Shown: piece by piece, positions 10,821-20,242 of the stretch
How positions within the stretch are numbered: position 1 is the first letter of the stretch
Layout: each line of letters begins with the position of its first letter
Source of the DNA: an uncultured bacterium
Lineage (GTDB): Bacteria; Bacillota_I; Bacilli_A; RFN20; CAG-826
Direction of reading: 5' to 3'
NCBI GenBank assembly: GCA_949299165.1
Contig: CASFZJ010000014.1
Location: 1-63,338 of the forward strand
Length of the DNA stretch: 63,338 nt
Notes under the pieces: model-generated
The model's input: only the letters and a program-made list of their open reading frames with translations
Told to the model about the DNA's origin: nothing
Databases searched by the model: none
Program-made: the position numbers and the translations under genes

Positions 10821-12682
10821 TATTGAGCATCCTCCGTTAAAGTATAAAGAATATAAGAAGTGAACGTTTTGTCGTGATAGGTGTAACTAAGTTCATAAAT
10901 TGTTTGGGTATCATTAACTTGTGAAATAGCACTAAAATTAACATCATCATAAGTATCGTAATCATAGGAATAAGTTAATACATCTTCAGAACCAGCTACG
11001 CAAATGCTTATTGTATCATTGTAGTATTCGTAATTAATTATTAATCCACTCGACAAACTGATTCCTAATGTTTCTACTGAACTATAATTGTTATAGTTTG
11101 TATTTATCAATCCATCGCCATCTTTATCGTTAGTGTCATACAAGAATTTATGACCATTATATGTTTCGCCAACAAAATCGTAACCTAAACCAGTTATTGT
11201 ATTAGTTAAAAGTTCTTGATGAGAGGTCAGTCTATAAGTATTATCATGATTTTGAACAATGACATAATCATCGGTTACTGAATCAATTCTTCCAACATCA
11301 TCGATTAATTCCATACTTCCATTTGAAGCAACGGTGTAGCAAGATGAACCAATTTCAGCAACCATGCCACCAGTTAACTTGTAATAGTCAGCATTAAATA
11401 AATTTTCATCATAAACATAATATTTTGTTGGAGTTAAACTATCTTCGATTTCAGCAGCATAAGTTAATCTACTTAAACTACCATCTTCTTCGATAAATCT
11501 AACTTTGACAAGTTGTCCATAATAAATGCTGACCTCGTCATTAATATTTCTAGCGTAATATTTTGGATTATCTTCAATGATGAAATTGACGTCATCAGTG
11601 TAATAAGTATCTCCATTTTTTAAATCTAGAGCATAAGCCCATGATTTATAAGTAGTTTTACCAGTTGTTGGGTTAGTTTCATTTTCATTGTAAACGAAAT
11701 ATACCGCACTATCAGTGTATAGAACTTTTTGAGTGTTGTTTCCGCTTTCTAAAGGAAAATTAGTGATGAAGTTGCCATCCTTATCATATATTGTTTTTCC
11801 ATCTGTCAACCAATCAGAGTTCATGTGCCCATTATAAAGAGGTTGCCCAATGATGTTATCTTCTGCAACTGTAGGGAAGTAAGTTTCATAATCTTCCCTG
11901 GTATCTTTATAAATATAAACACCATTTACTTCCTCAAGAATGTGATAGGTGTATCCATTTTTACCAGTTTCAATATCAGAATATGTATCGTTTATGATGT
12001 AATAATTTTTGCCACCGACTTGATGATTAAAACTTTGTAAGTTGTGATCTTCATCATCAGTTCTATAAGACAATATTTTATTACCTACAAAGTCATAAAC
12101 TTGATAATATTCATAACTTGTTGGATAAAATCCAGAATTATCGATTCGTGTTTCGATAATTTCGAAATATGGGCCATTATTTTGAGTATTGGTTACTATA
12201 TCAGCAGAATGAGTTGATGCTTTATAATCAATTTTGCATATTTCTTCACCTGTTAAATAGTTAAAGTAAGTATAAGTAGTGACGTCTTCCGATGATGAAT
12301 CAAGAGGGTCGGCTGGTTTAAATTCAGTGTAATAACCGACTTGGCTTTTGAATCTGCTATTCATTGGAGAAACTAAATTAATAGTTCTATCAGTAAATTT
12401 GAAATTAGCTGTTATATCTTCAACATCTGCAATGTGATTTGTTGTTTTTGTTGTTCCTTTAGCTAATTTCTCCATTACTGAATAAGGAATTCTATTTAGC
12501 TTTTCCCAAGTTGGCTCATCGACAGGATCTTCAGTTGTGTCGCCTCCAGGTGTTGGCCCAGGCTCAACAGTTCCTGGGTTCTGCTCATCGCCACCAGGTT
12601 CTTCAGGAGCAGGAGCTCCATAAGAACAAGACGTGACGAATAAGGCAGAAAATAATAAAAGTAATGATTTTTTTATTTTCAT
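10820..12682 (-). CDS. Uncharacterised acidic, Tyr-rich lipoprotein
   Basis: Lipobox VTS-C, Pro/Gly/Glu linker; coupled to next gene by TAATG overlap. Confidence 0.8.
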   Translation of the reverse strand: MKIKKSLLLLFSALFVTSCSYGAPAPEEPGGDEQNPGTVEPGPTPGGDTTEDPVDEPTWEKLNRIPYSVMEKLAKGTTKTTNHIADVEDITANFKFTDRTINLVSPMNSRFKSQVGYYTEFKPADPLDSSSEDVTTYTYFNYLTGEEICKIDYKASTHSADIVTNTQNNGPYFEIIETRIDNSGFYPTSYEYYQVYDFVGNKILSYRTDDEDHNLQSFNHQVGGKNYYIINDTYSDIETGKNGYTYHILEEVNGVYIYKDTREDYETYFPTVAEDNIIGQPLYNGHMNSDWLTDGKTIYDKDGNFITNFPLESGNNTQKVLYTDSAVYFVYNENETNPTTGKTTYKSWAYALDLKNGDTYYTDDVNFIIEDNPKYYARNINDEVSIYYGQLVKVRFIEEDGSLSRLTYAAEIEDSLTPTKYYVYDENLFNADYYKLTGGMVAEIGSSCYTVASNGSMELIDDVGRIDSVTDDYVIVQNHDNTYRLTSHQELLTNTITGLGYDFVGETYNGHKFLYDTNDKDGDGLINTNYNNYSSVETLGISLSSGLIINYEYYNDTISICVAGSEDVLTYSYDYDTYDDVNFSAISQVNDTQTIYELSYTYHDKTFTSYILYTLTEDAQ

Positions 12683-12771
12683 ATAAAAGTCCCCTTTGTT
12701 TCCTTAATTGTATCAAAAATCCGTCAGCTAAGTTAGAAAAAATTTCATTCGAAAGTAAAATTCGTTCCGTG

Positions 12772-12802
12772 AAAAAAATGTCCGTTGTTTTCACGGACAT
12801 TT
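12772..12802 (-). terminator. Terminator after thrS-ybaK
   Basis: AAATGTCCGT/ACGGACATTT stem followed by T-run on minus strand. Confidence 0.7.
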
Positions 12803-12836
12803 CTAAAAGTAAAGATAGTCGAGATTTGCAGGGTTT

Positions 12837-13304
12837 TTAGTCAAAAGTTATGTTTTTAAACTCTGCATTTGTTAATTTTTTGAGGTCGCTTACTTTCATG
12901 TGAACTTGAAGTCCAACGTGCCCTCCGTTGAGAAAAATTTTCTCAAATTGAAGAGCGGTGTCATCTATTGTGACTTTATAATTCTTTTTCATTCCGATTG
13001 GAGAACAACCTCCATGAACATAACCAGTTACTTTTAATAAATCTTTAAAAGGTATCATTTCAACTGATTTTTCATCAACTGATTTTGCAGCTTTTTTAAG
13101 ATCTAACTCTTTATTAACTGGAACAAGAAAGGCATAAAATTCTTTACTTTTTCCTTGTGTAATTAATGTTTTAAAACAAGTTGAAGAATCTTCACCAAGA
13201 ATTTTTGCAATATCGTTTCCAGTTAAAGTTTGATCTATTTGATACTCACGAGTCTCATATTCAATCTTATGAGCATCAAGTATTCTTAAAGCGTTAGTTT
13301 TCAT
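12837..13304 (-). CDS. ybaK: Cys-tRNA(Pro) deacylase, YbaK/EbsC family
   Basis: KTNALRIL, FKTL, LDLKK, TGYVHGGCSPIG. Confidence 0.92.
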   Translation of the reverse strand: MKTNALRILDAHKIEYETREYQIDQTLTGNDIAKILGEDSSTCFKTLITQGKSKEFYAFLVPVNKELDLKKAAKSVDEKSVEMIPFKDLLKVTGYVHGGCSPIGMKKNYKVTIDDTALQFEKIFLNGGHVGLQVHMKVSDLKKLTNAEFKNITFD

Positions 13305-15238
13305 TAAAGTTTTAAATTTTTTGGATCAACAAGAAGTGCTTTAGTTTTGATTTCTTCTTCAAGTAAAGCAATAAAATCATCTAAAGAAACTGTAATTTGC
13401 TTTTCTGTGCCATATTTTCTATAGGTAACAGTGCCATTTTCAACTTCTTTATCACCGATAACTAAAGAATAAGGAACTTTTTTGATAACAGAATTTCTCA
13501 ATCTATAACCAAGTTTTTCTTCGCTATCATCGATTTCGACTCTAATATCGTGTTCTCTTAATTTTTTAGCGACTTCTTGAGCATAATTATCGTGGAAATT
13601 GTGGTTTACTGGTAAAACTTTGACTTGAAGTGGTGCGCACCAAAGTGGGAAAGCGCCGGCAAAATGTTCTGTAATAATGCCAATAAATCTTTCAAATGAA
13701 CCAAGGATTGCTCTATGAAGCATGATTGGTCTTTCTTTTTCGCCTTTTGAATTGATGTAGACACAATCAAATCTTTCTGGAAGATTCATATCAAGTTGAA
13801 TAGTTCCACATTGCCAGATTCTACCCATACAATCTTTGAGTTTGAAATCGAGTTTTGGTCCATAGAAAGCGCCATCTCCTGGGTTAATTTTGAATTCGTG
13901 GCCACTGGCTTTACATGCATCAGCAAGGATTTTTTCACTTTGTTCCCAAATTGTATCATCACCAATATAATCAGATTCAGGTTTTGTAGATAAAACAATT
14001 GAGTAATCTAGACCAAAAACTGAATAGATTTTGTCATATAAACCAAGAAGAGTTTCAATTTCGTCTTTTAATTGATCACGTGTACAAAATATATGAGCAT
14101 CATCTTGAGTGAAACATCTAACTCTAAATAAGCCATTTAATGCTCCGCTTGCTTCATGTCTATGAACTTGACCAAGTTCACCAAGTCTAAGTGGTAATTC
14201 TTTATAAGAATGTCTTTCGCTGTTGTAAACTAGGATTGCACCAGGACAATTCATTGGCTTAATTGCGTAATCTTTTTCATCAATTTTAGTGGTGTACATG
14301 TTTTCTTTATAGTGATCCCAGTGTCCACTTGTAAGCCATAATTCTTTAGAAAGAATAATAGGTGTTTTAATTAATTTATAACCATATTCATCGTGAATTT
14401 TATACCACCAACTCTCAATTTGACGGCGGAGCATTAAGCCATTTGGTAAGAAAAATGGGAAGCCAGGTCCATATTCATTAATCATGAATAAGCCAAGTTC
14501 TTTACCAATTCTTCTATGATCTCTTTTCTTAGCTTCTTCTTTTAAACGTTCTCTTTCTTCAAGTTCTTCTTTTGTAAAACAAGCAAGACCATAGATTCTT
14601 GTTAATTGTTTATTATCAGAATTTCCCCTCCAATAAGCCCCAGCAATGGTGTCAAGTTTAAAGAATTTAACAAAAGAAGTGGATGGAACGTGAGGTCCTA
14701 AACATAAATCAAGATAACTTCCTTGTTTATAAACACTAATTTCATCGTTTTCATTTAATTCTGAAATAAGTTCTTCTTTATATTCGTCATTTTTAAAGAG
14801 TTCAAGGGCTTTTTCTTTTGAAACATCTTCTCTAATAATATATTCATTTTTCTTAGAGAGCTCTTTCATTTTGGTTTCGATTTTTCTTAAATCTTCTTCT
14901 TTTAAGACGTAGCCATTGAAATCGACATCATAATAAAAACCATCATCAATTGCAGGGCCAACTCCAAATTTAACGCCTTCAAAAAGCAAAGAAATAGCTT
15001 CGGCCATTAAATGAGCAGCTGAGTGATTTAAAATATGAAAAGCTTCTGGACTTGTTTTAGTGATAAGTTCAAAAACGCCTCCTTCTTTAATTGGGCGATA
15101 TAAATCGTATAATTTGTCGTTTAATTTATAGGCAATAGAATTTTTTGCAAGTGATTCAGCAATTGAAAGTGCCACATCGTGCCCATTTTTGCCATTTTCT
15201 ACATTAATTTTCTTGCCATCTTTTAAAATGAGTTCCAT
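13304..15238 (-). CDS. thrS: Threonyl-tRNA synthetase
   Basis: TGS and editing domains (HSAAH), RDHR, KPMNCP, FYGPK, HRAILGSFERF. Confidence 0.98.
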   Translation of the reverse strand: MELILKDGKKINVENGKNGHDVALSIAESLAKNSIAYKLNDKLYDLYRPIKEGGVFELITKTSPEAFHILNHSAAHLMAEAISLLFEGVKFGVGPAIDDGFYYDVDFNGYVLKEEDLRKIETKMKELSKKNEYIIREDVSKEKALELFKNDEYKEELISELNENDEISVYKQGSYLDLCLGPHVPSTSFVKFFKLDTIAGAYWRGNSDNKQLTRIYGLACFTKEELEERERLKEEAKKRDHRRIGKELGLFMINEYGPGFPFFLPNGLMLRRQIESWWYKIHDEYGYKLIKTPIILSKELWLTSGHWDHYKENMYTTKIDEKDYAIKPMNCPGAILVYNSERHSYKELPLRLGELGQVHRHEASGALNGLFRVRCFTQDDAHIFCTRDQLKDEIETLLGLYDKIYSVFGLDYSIVLSTKPESDYIGDDTIWEQSEKILADACKASGHEFKINPGDGAFYGPKLDFKLKDCMGRIWQCGTIQLDMNLPERFDCVYINSKGEKERPIMLHRAILGSFERFIGIITEHFAGAFPLWCAPLQVKVLPVNHNFHDNYAQEVAKKLREHDIRVEIDDSEEKLGYRLRNSVIKKVPYSLVIGDKEVENGTVTYRKYGTEKQITVSLDDFIALLEEEIKTKALLVDPKNLKL

Positions 15239-15255
15239 AAATCTCTCCTTTTAAT

Positions 15256-15476
15256 AAAAAACGTCCTTAGTTTACACTAAGGACGAATGTATCGTGGTAC
15301 CACCTTATTTATGAAAGTTTTATTTCTTTCATCACTTAATTGAATTCGTATCGTGAATTAACGTTAAGTTTCCTTAAATGCTCCAAAGTAGTTTTGCTAT
15401 TTATCTTTTAGAAGCTCGCACCAATTTGCTTCATTCTCTTGAAAAGAGGGAAATAACAACATGTCTTTATCAACGC
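15256..15476 (-). promoter_or_regulatory. T-box riboswitch (Thr) controlling thrS-ybaK
   Basis: T-box AAGGTGGTACCACG (15293-15306), terminator CGTCCTTAG/CTAAGGACG+T6, stem I with AGAGA/GGTGCGA-type motifs and probable ACT specifier (~15390-15392). Confidence 0.9.
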
Positions 15477-15511
15477 ACAAAAATAATAAATCTTTAATTT
15501 AATTTTGTAAA

Positions 15512-16975
15512 CTATAATAAATCTCTTTCTTGAGGAATTGTAACAATTCTCATGAAGTTTGTACGGCCGCTTCCAGTAGGTGTGCCGCCAGAAATTAAGA
15601 TTTGATCACCAGGTTTGCAGCCAAATCTCTTAGCATGAACAATTGCGACAACTTCCATATCTTCGATAAATTCTGGCATTCTCTTTGTCTTAAGTAAAAC
15701 AGAGTTAACACCCCAATAGATTGCATTTTGTCTAACGGTTGTTAATTTATTGGAGATTGAAAGAATTGGGCAACATGGTCTTGCTTTTGAAATTCTTCTT
15801 GATGATCTACCAGAATCAGTATAAGAAACGATGAGTTTTGCACCAATTAATTTTGCAGTATTACAAATTGCGTTAGCAATAGCATCGTTATTATCTTTGT
15901 TAGAAGTATCATATGCTTCTTTTGCAAAGTTTTCATAATCGAGTGTTTTTTCCATAGTTCTTGCAATTTTTGTTTGCATTAATACGGATTCGGCTGGATA
16001 ATCACCACTTGCAGATTCTCCAGAAAGCATGACGCAATCAGTAGATTCAACAATCGCAGTAGCGACGTCACTTACTTCAGCACGTGTAGGAATTGGTGAT
16101 TTCATCATTGAATCCAACATTTGAGTAGCGGTGATGACTGGTTTACCTTTTCTTCTACACATATTAATAAGTTTATTTTGAACGATAGGGACTTCTTCTT
16201 CAGGAATTTCAAGACCTAAATCGCCTCTTGCAACCATAATTCCATCGCTTTCGTTAACGATTTCTTCAAGACAATCCATTGCTTGATAGTTTTCAATCTT
16301 AGCAATAATTTTAATTTCTGGATGACCATGAGCGATTAAAATATCTCTAATATCTTGAACATCTTTTGCGCAACGGACGAAAGAAGCGCTAATGAAATCA
16401 ACTCCGTTTTCACAGCCCCAAATTAAATCTTGCTCATCTTTTTTGGAGATAAATTCAAGAGAATTCAATTTAGCACCAGAGCAGTTGACGCCTTTTTTTG
16501 ATCCAATTGCGTGAGTATTTAAAGCTTTAGTTACAATTTCTCTATTTTCTTCATCTTTTTCGATGACTTCAAGGTCTAATTTACCATCATCGATTTTAAT
16601 GTGAGAACCAACAACGACATCATCAAATAATTTTTCAAAAGTGACAGAGATTTTTTCAGGTGTGCCGAGAACTTTTTTCATTGAAATTCTGGTAATTTGA
16701 CCTTTTTTAATCTCGATTTTGCCATCTTTCATATCGTGGCAACGAATTTCTGGTCCTTTTGTGTCGAGCATTGTTGCGATATAAATGCCTTCTTTTTCTA
16801 AACTTCTAGCGAGTTTTAATTTTTCGAGTTGTTCAGAATAATCACCATGAGAGAAGTTCATTCTCATGATGTTCATACCATTAGCGATAAGTTTTCTAAG
16901 CATCTCAATGTTGTCGCTAGCAGGTCCGATTGTACAAACAATCTTAGTTTTCTTTTCTAAATTTACGTTTTCCAT
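15512..16975 (-). CDS. pyk: Pyruvate kinase
   Basis: TKIVCTIGPAS, RMNFSHG, DTKGPEIR, IMVARGDLG, ATQMLDSM. Confidence 0.98.
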   Translation of the reverse strand: MENVNLEKKTKIVCTIGPASDNIEMLRKLIANGMNIMRMNFSHGDYSEQLEKLKLARSLEKEGIYIATMLDTKGPEIRCHDMKDGKIEIKKGQITRISMKKVLGTPEKISVTFEKLFDDVVVGSHIKIDDGKLDLEVIEKDEENREIVTKALNTHAIGSKKGVNCSGAKLNSLEFISKKDEQDLIWGCENGVDFISASFVRCAKDVQDIRDILIAHGHPEIKIIAKIENYQAMDCLEEIVNESDGIMVARGDLGLEIPEEEVPIVQNKLINMCRRKGKPVITATQMLDSMMKSPIPTRAEVSDVATAIVESTDCVMLSGESASGDYPAESVLMQTKIARTMEKTLDYENFAKEAYDTSNKDNNDAIANAICNTAKLIGAKLIVSYTDSGRSSRRISKARPCCPILSISNKLTTVRQNAIYWGVNSVLLKTKRMPEFIEDMEVVAIVHAKRFGCKPGDQILISGGTPTGSGRTNFMRIVTIPQERDLL

Positions 16976-16995
16976 ATAGATTTATCCTTAATTTA

Positions 16996-17955
16996 TTATT
17001 TAATTAAATCGAAAGTGTGATATAAGTCTTCGTGTTTATTTCTAGGAAGATCGAAAGATTCGATAATATCGTAATATTTTAATTTGTTGTCGACAAGGCC
17101 AACACAAACTCCACCAATTCCTTGATCGAGCAATTCAACTGCATAAGATCCCATTCTTACAGCATTAAATCTTTCCATTGCGCTAGGAGTGCCGCCTCTT
17201 TGAATATAACCTAAGACATCTGCACGTGCATCCCATCCAGTTTCAGCAGCAATTTTTTTAGCTAAAGCGTTGACATCAAGAATTTTTTCAGCAACAAGAA
17301 CTAAAACGTGGTCTTGACCAGCTGCTTTTCTTGCTTTAAGAGTATCCATTAAATCTTTTTCGTTATATGGTCTATCGATTGTAATCATGTAATCAGCATT
17401 ACAAGCAATACCAGCATAAACTGTTAAATCTGGACAATTGTTACCCATGATTTCAACAACGACACATCTATGGTGAGATGACATTGTTTCGACAATTTTA
17501 TCGATTGCATCGCAAATATTATTTAAAGAAGTGTCAAATCCAATTGTAAAATCGCTACTTGCAATATCATTATCGATTGTTCCTGGAAGACCAACACAAT
17601 TAATACCCATTTCGGTAAGTTTCTTTGCGCCCATATAGCTTCCATCTCCGCCGATAACAATTAAAGCTTCGATTCCTTCTTTTTTAAGATTCTCAACAGC
17701 TTTTTGTCTTACCTTTTCTTCTTTAAATTCTGGTAAACGAGCAGTTTTGATAACTGTTCCGCCGTGGGCCATTTTATCTTCAGCAAAGTGTGGATCAACT
17801 TTTTTGAAATTATTTTCAATTAAACCTTTGTAGCCATCGTAAACTACATACATTTCTTTTCCTAATTTATATCCGGTTCTAATAGCTCCAACAAGAGCAG
17901 CATTCATTCCTGGAGCATCTCCACCGCTGGTTAATATGCCAATTTTTTTAATCAT
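16996..17955 (-). CDS. pfkA: 6-phosphofructokinase (start MIKKIG after AGGAGG)
   Basis: TSGGDAPGMN, IGGDGS, PGTIDND, LGYIQRGG. Confidence 0.97.
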   Translation of the reverse strand: MIKKIGILTSGGDAPGMNAALVGAIRTGYKLGKEMYVVYDGYKGLIENNFKKVDPHFAEDKMAHGGTVIKTARLPEFKEEKVRQKAVENLKKEGIEALIVIGGDGSYMGAKKLTEMGINCVGLPGTIDNDIASSDFTIGFDTSLNNICDAIDKIVETMSSHHRCVVVEIMGNNCPDLTVYAGIACNADYMITIDRPYNEKDLMDTLKARKAAGQDHVLVLVAEKILDVNALAKKIAAETGWDARADVLGYIQRGGTPSAMERFNAVRMGSYAVELLDQGIGGVCVGLVDNKLKYYDIIESFDLPRNKHEDLYHTFDLIK

Positions 17956-18114
17956 TGGGCAACCTCCTAACATTTAAAAATATTATAGTTAAAATCGTGA
18001 TTAATTTCTATATTTAACTATATTAAATATAGGTAAATAATTTTGAAAATTTTCATAAATTCTTTCTTTTATTTTCTAGTCATTTTTTCTTGCTTTTAAT
18101 GTATAATTTTAAAG

Positions 18115-19338
18115 ATGTTAGATGTTTGTAATGAAATTAGAGTAATAAAAAGAGGTTTGCTTCCTTTTGAAAACGTTGAATTTGTTTTTGACCTTTATTT
18201 GCCTCTTATTGGAAATGAAGCAACATTTTTATATTTATTTTTAATGAATAATGTAAAAAATGGCGAATTTAGTGGTAAATTTGGCGATTTAATTAACGCT
18301 TCAAAGATGGAAATGCAAAGTTTTCTATTGGCCAAAAAAACGCTCGAAAGCATTGGTTTATTATCCTTTTATGAAAATAAAAAAGATAATAAATTTTTGT
18401 TAATTGTTAATGATGCATATACGCCAAAAGCATTTTTTACAAATTTAGTGTTGAAAGGCTTATTTATCCAAAATTGTGGTGAAGAAAGAACCAAAAAGAT
18501 TCTTGAAAAATATAACGTTTCGATAAATACCAAAGGTTATAACGATATTTCGGCTAAAATTAATGACACATTTGTGATTGATTTTAACTCGAACTTTGCT
18601 GAACTTGATCAAAAAGAAGATTTAGTTGGCTTAAATAAAAACACCATTAAAGATAGTTTTAGTGATGTAAAATTACTCAATTATCTTAAGAAAAATACTC
18701 AAATTAAGATAAATTCTCTCACAGACGATGAAATTGATTTTATTCATAAAGTTGCAACATTATATGGAATGAAAGAAAAAGATGTTGGCGGACTAGTTGC
18801 GGATTGTTTTATTCCTGAAGAACCTGTTGGAAATAAAATTGATCGCAATAAACTTAGAAGAAACGCAAAAACGTATGTTAGAAGTTATAAAATTTCTAAA
18901 AATAAAACAGATAGCAAAACATTCATTAATTCAACAAGTGATATTGCAAATCTTGTTAATATGTATGAATCAATTTCGCCACGTAAATTCTTAATGTCTA
19001 AGCAAAACGATGTTGAACCAAGCGATGCTGATAAAAATTTAATTGAAGAACTTAGCTTTGATATGGGCTTTTCAAATGGAATTATCAACGCACTTTTAGA
19101 CTATGTTTTAAGAACTAAAAATGGTGAATTGTCAAAAAATTATGTTTTGAAAATCGCGACAACATTAATCAGAAAAGGATGTAAAAATACTTTAGATTGC
19201 TTGAATTTATTAAGTTCTCCAAAGCGTGAAAACAAATCCGATTTCGTGAAAACTAATTTTGATAAACCAGAAAATTCCGACAATTCTTTAAATAATCTAG
19301 ATGATGATGAATCGGAAGATTACAAAATTTTCGATTAA
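18115..19338 (+). CDS. dnaB: Bacillus-type replication initiation/helicase-loader protein DnaB (DnaD domains)
   Basis: LYLPLIG.EA..LY, LESIGLL, C-terminal G.INALLDYVL...YV.KIA; paired with dnaI. Confidence 0.8.
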   Translation: MLDVCNEIRVIKRGLLPFENVEFVFDLYLPLIGNEATFLYLFLMNNVKNGEFSGKFGDLINASKMEMQSFLLAKKTLESIGLLSFYENKKDNKFLLIVNDAYTPKAFFTNLVLKGLFIQNCGEERTKKILEKYNVSINTKGYNDISAKINDTFVIDFNSNFAELDQKEDLVGLNKNTIKDSFSDVKLLNYLKKNTQIKINSLTDDEIDFIHKVATLYGMKEKDVGGLVADCFIPEEPVGNKIDRNKLRRNAKTYVRSYKISKNKTDSKTFINSTSDIANLVNMYESISPRKFLMSKQNDVEPSDADKNLIEELSFDMGFSNGIINALLDYVLRTKNGELSKNYVLKIATTLIRKGCKNTLDCLNLLSSPKRENKSDFVKTNFDKPENSDNSLNNLDDDESEDYKIFD

Positions 19339-19354
19339 TAACGAGGAAAAATCT

Positions 19355-20242
19355 ATGGAAAAAGTGAAAATGAATATTAAAATTTCAAATAATGATTTAA
19401 AAGAGTATTCAAATACACTTTATAATGAAATTCAAAATGATAATTTCTTTTCACGTGTAAAGGAAGAAGGTTGGACTGATTTAGAAATTAAGAACAACGT
19501 TACAAAGTTTAAAGAATACTTGTCTGATATGCATAAAGCTGAGGATATTAAAACTTATGAAGATTGCTTGAGAAACAATATGACTTCAAGATTAGTATTA
19601 ATAAGAAACGGAAATATTATTGAAAGAAGTTATGAAACATTAAAACCTTATCAAGATTATGTAGATTATATCTCGAAATTTTTCTATGCAGATTTTGGTG
19701 ATTTACCACACGATGCTTCGTTTTCTAATGTAATCAAAAAAGTTAAAAGCAGTCTTGCTAGATGTTTTAAAGCCGGAAAGTGGGTATATCTAACTGGCGC
19801 TTTAAGAAGTGGTAGAAGCTACGCTGCTCTCGCTATGTTAAATTGGTATTACGAAAAAAATAAAGATAATGAAAAAATTAAATACGCTTTTATTGATTTT
19901 CCATTAAGAATTAAAGAACTTAACGATTTGTATTTTAAAAATAAAACTGATTTTAATGAATTAATCGAAGCTTATTCGAATATCGATTATTTAGTTATTG
20001 ATAATTTTGGGAATGAATATAAAAATGAACTTATTAGAGATGGAATAATTTATCCAATTTTAATGAATAGGGCAGCAAAAAAGAAAATGACTATTTTCAC
20101 AAGTGATTTTTCGATGAGCGATTTGCCATATTTATATAATTTCAAAAAAGGATATCCTGATTTGATGGCCAAAAAGATTATTGAGTTATTGAAAAGTTCA
20201 ATTGGTGAAGAAACAAATTGTGGTAATTTACCAATTTATTAA
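19355..20242 (+). CDS. dnaI: DnaI-like helicase loader with degenerate Walker motifs (start probably MEKVK at 19355)
   Basis: YLTGALRSGRS, LVIDNFGNE, RDGIIYPILMNR, TIFTSD resemble DnaI; follows dnaB. Confidence 0.75.
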   Translation: MEKVKMNIKISNNDLKEYSNTLYNEIQNDNFFSRVKEEGWTDLEIKNNVTKFKEYLSDMHKAEDIKTYEDCLRNNMTSRLVLIRNGNIIERSYETLKPYQDYVDYISKFFYADFGDLPHDASFSNVIKKVKSSLARCFKAGKWVYLTGALRSGRSYAALAMLNWYYEKNKDNEKIKYAFIDFPLRIKELNDLYFKNKTDFNELIEAYSNIDYLVIDNFGNEYKNELIRDGIIYPILMNRAAKKKMTIFTSDFSMSDLPYLYNFKKGYPDLMAKKIIELLKSSIGEETNCGNLPIY

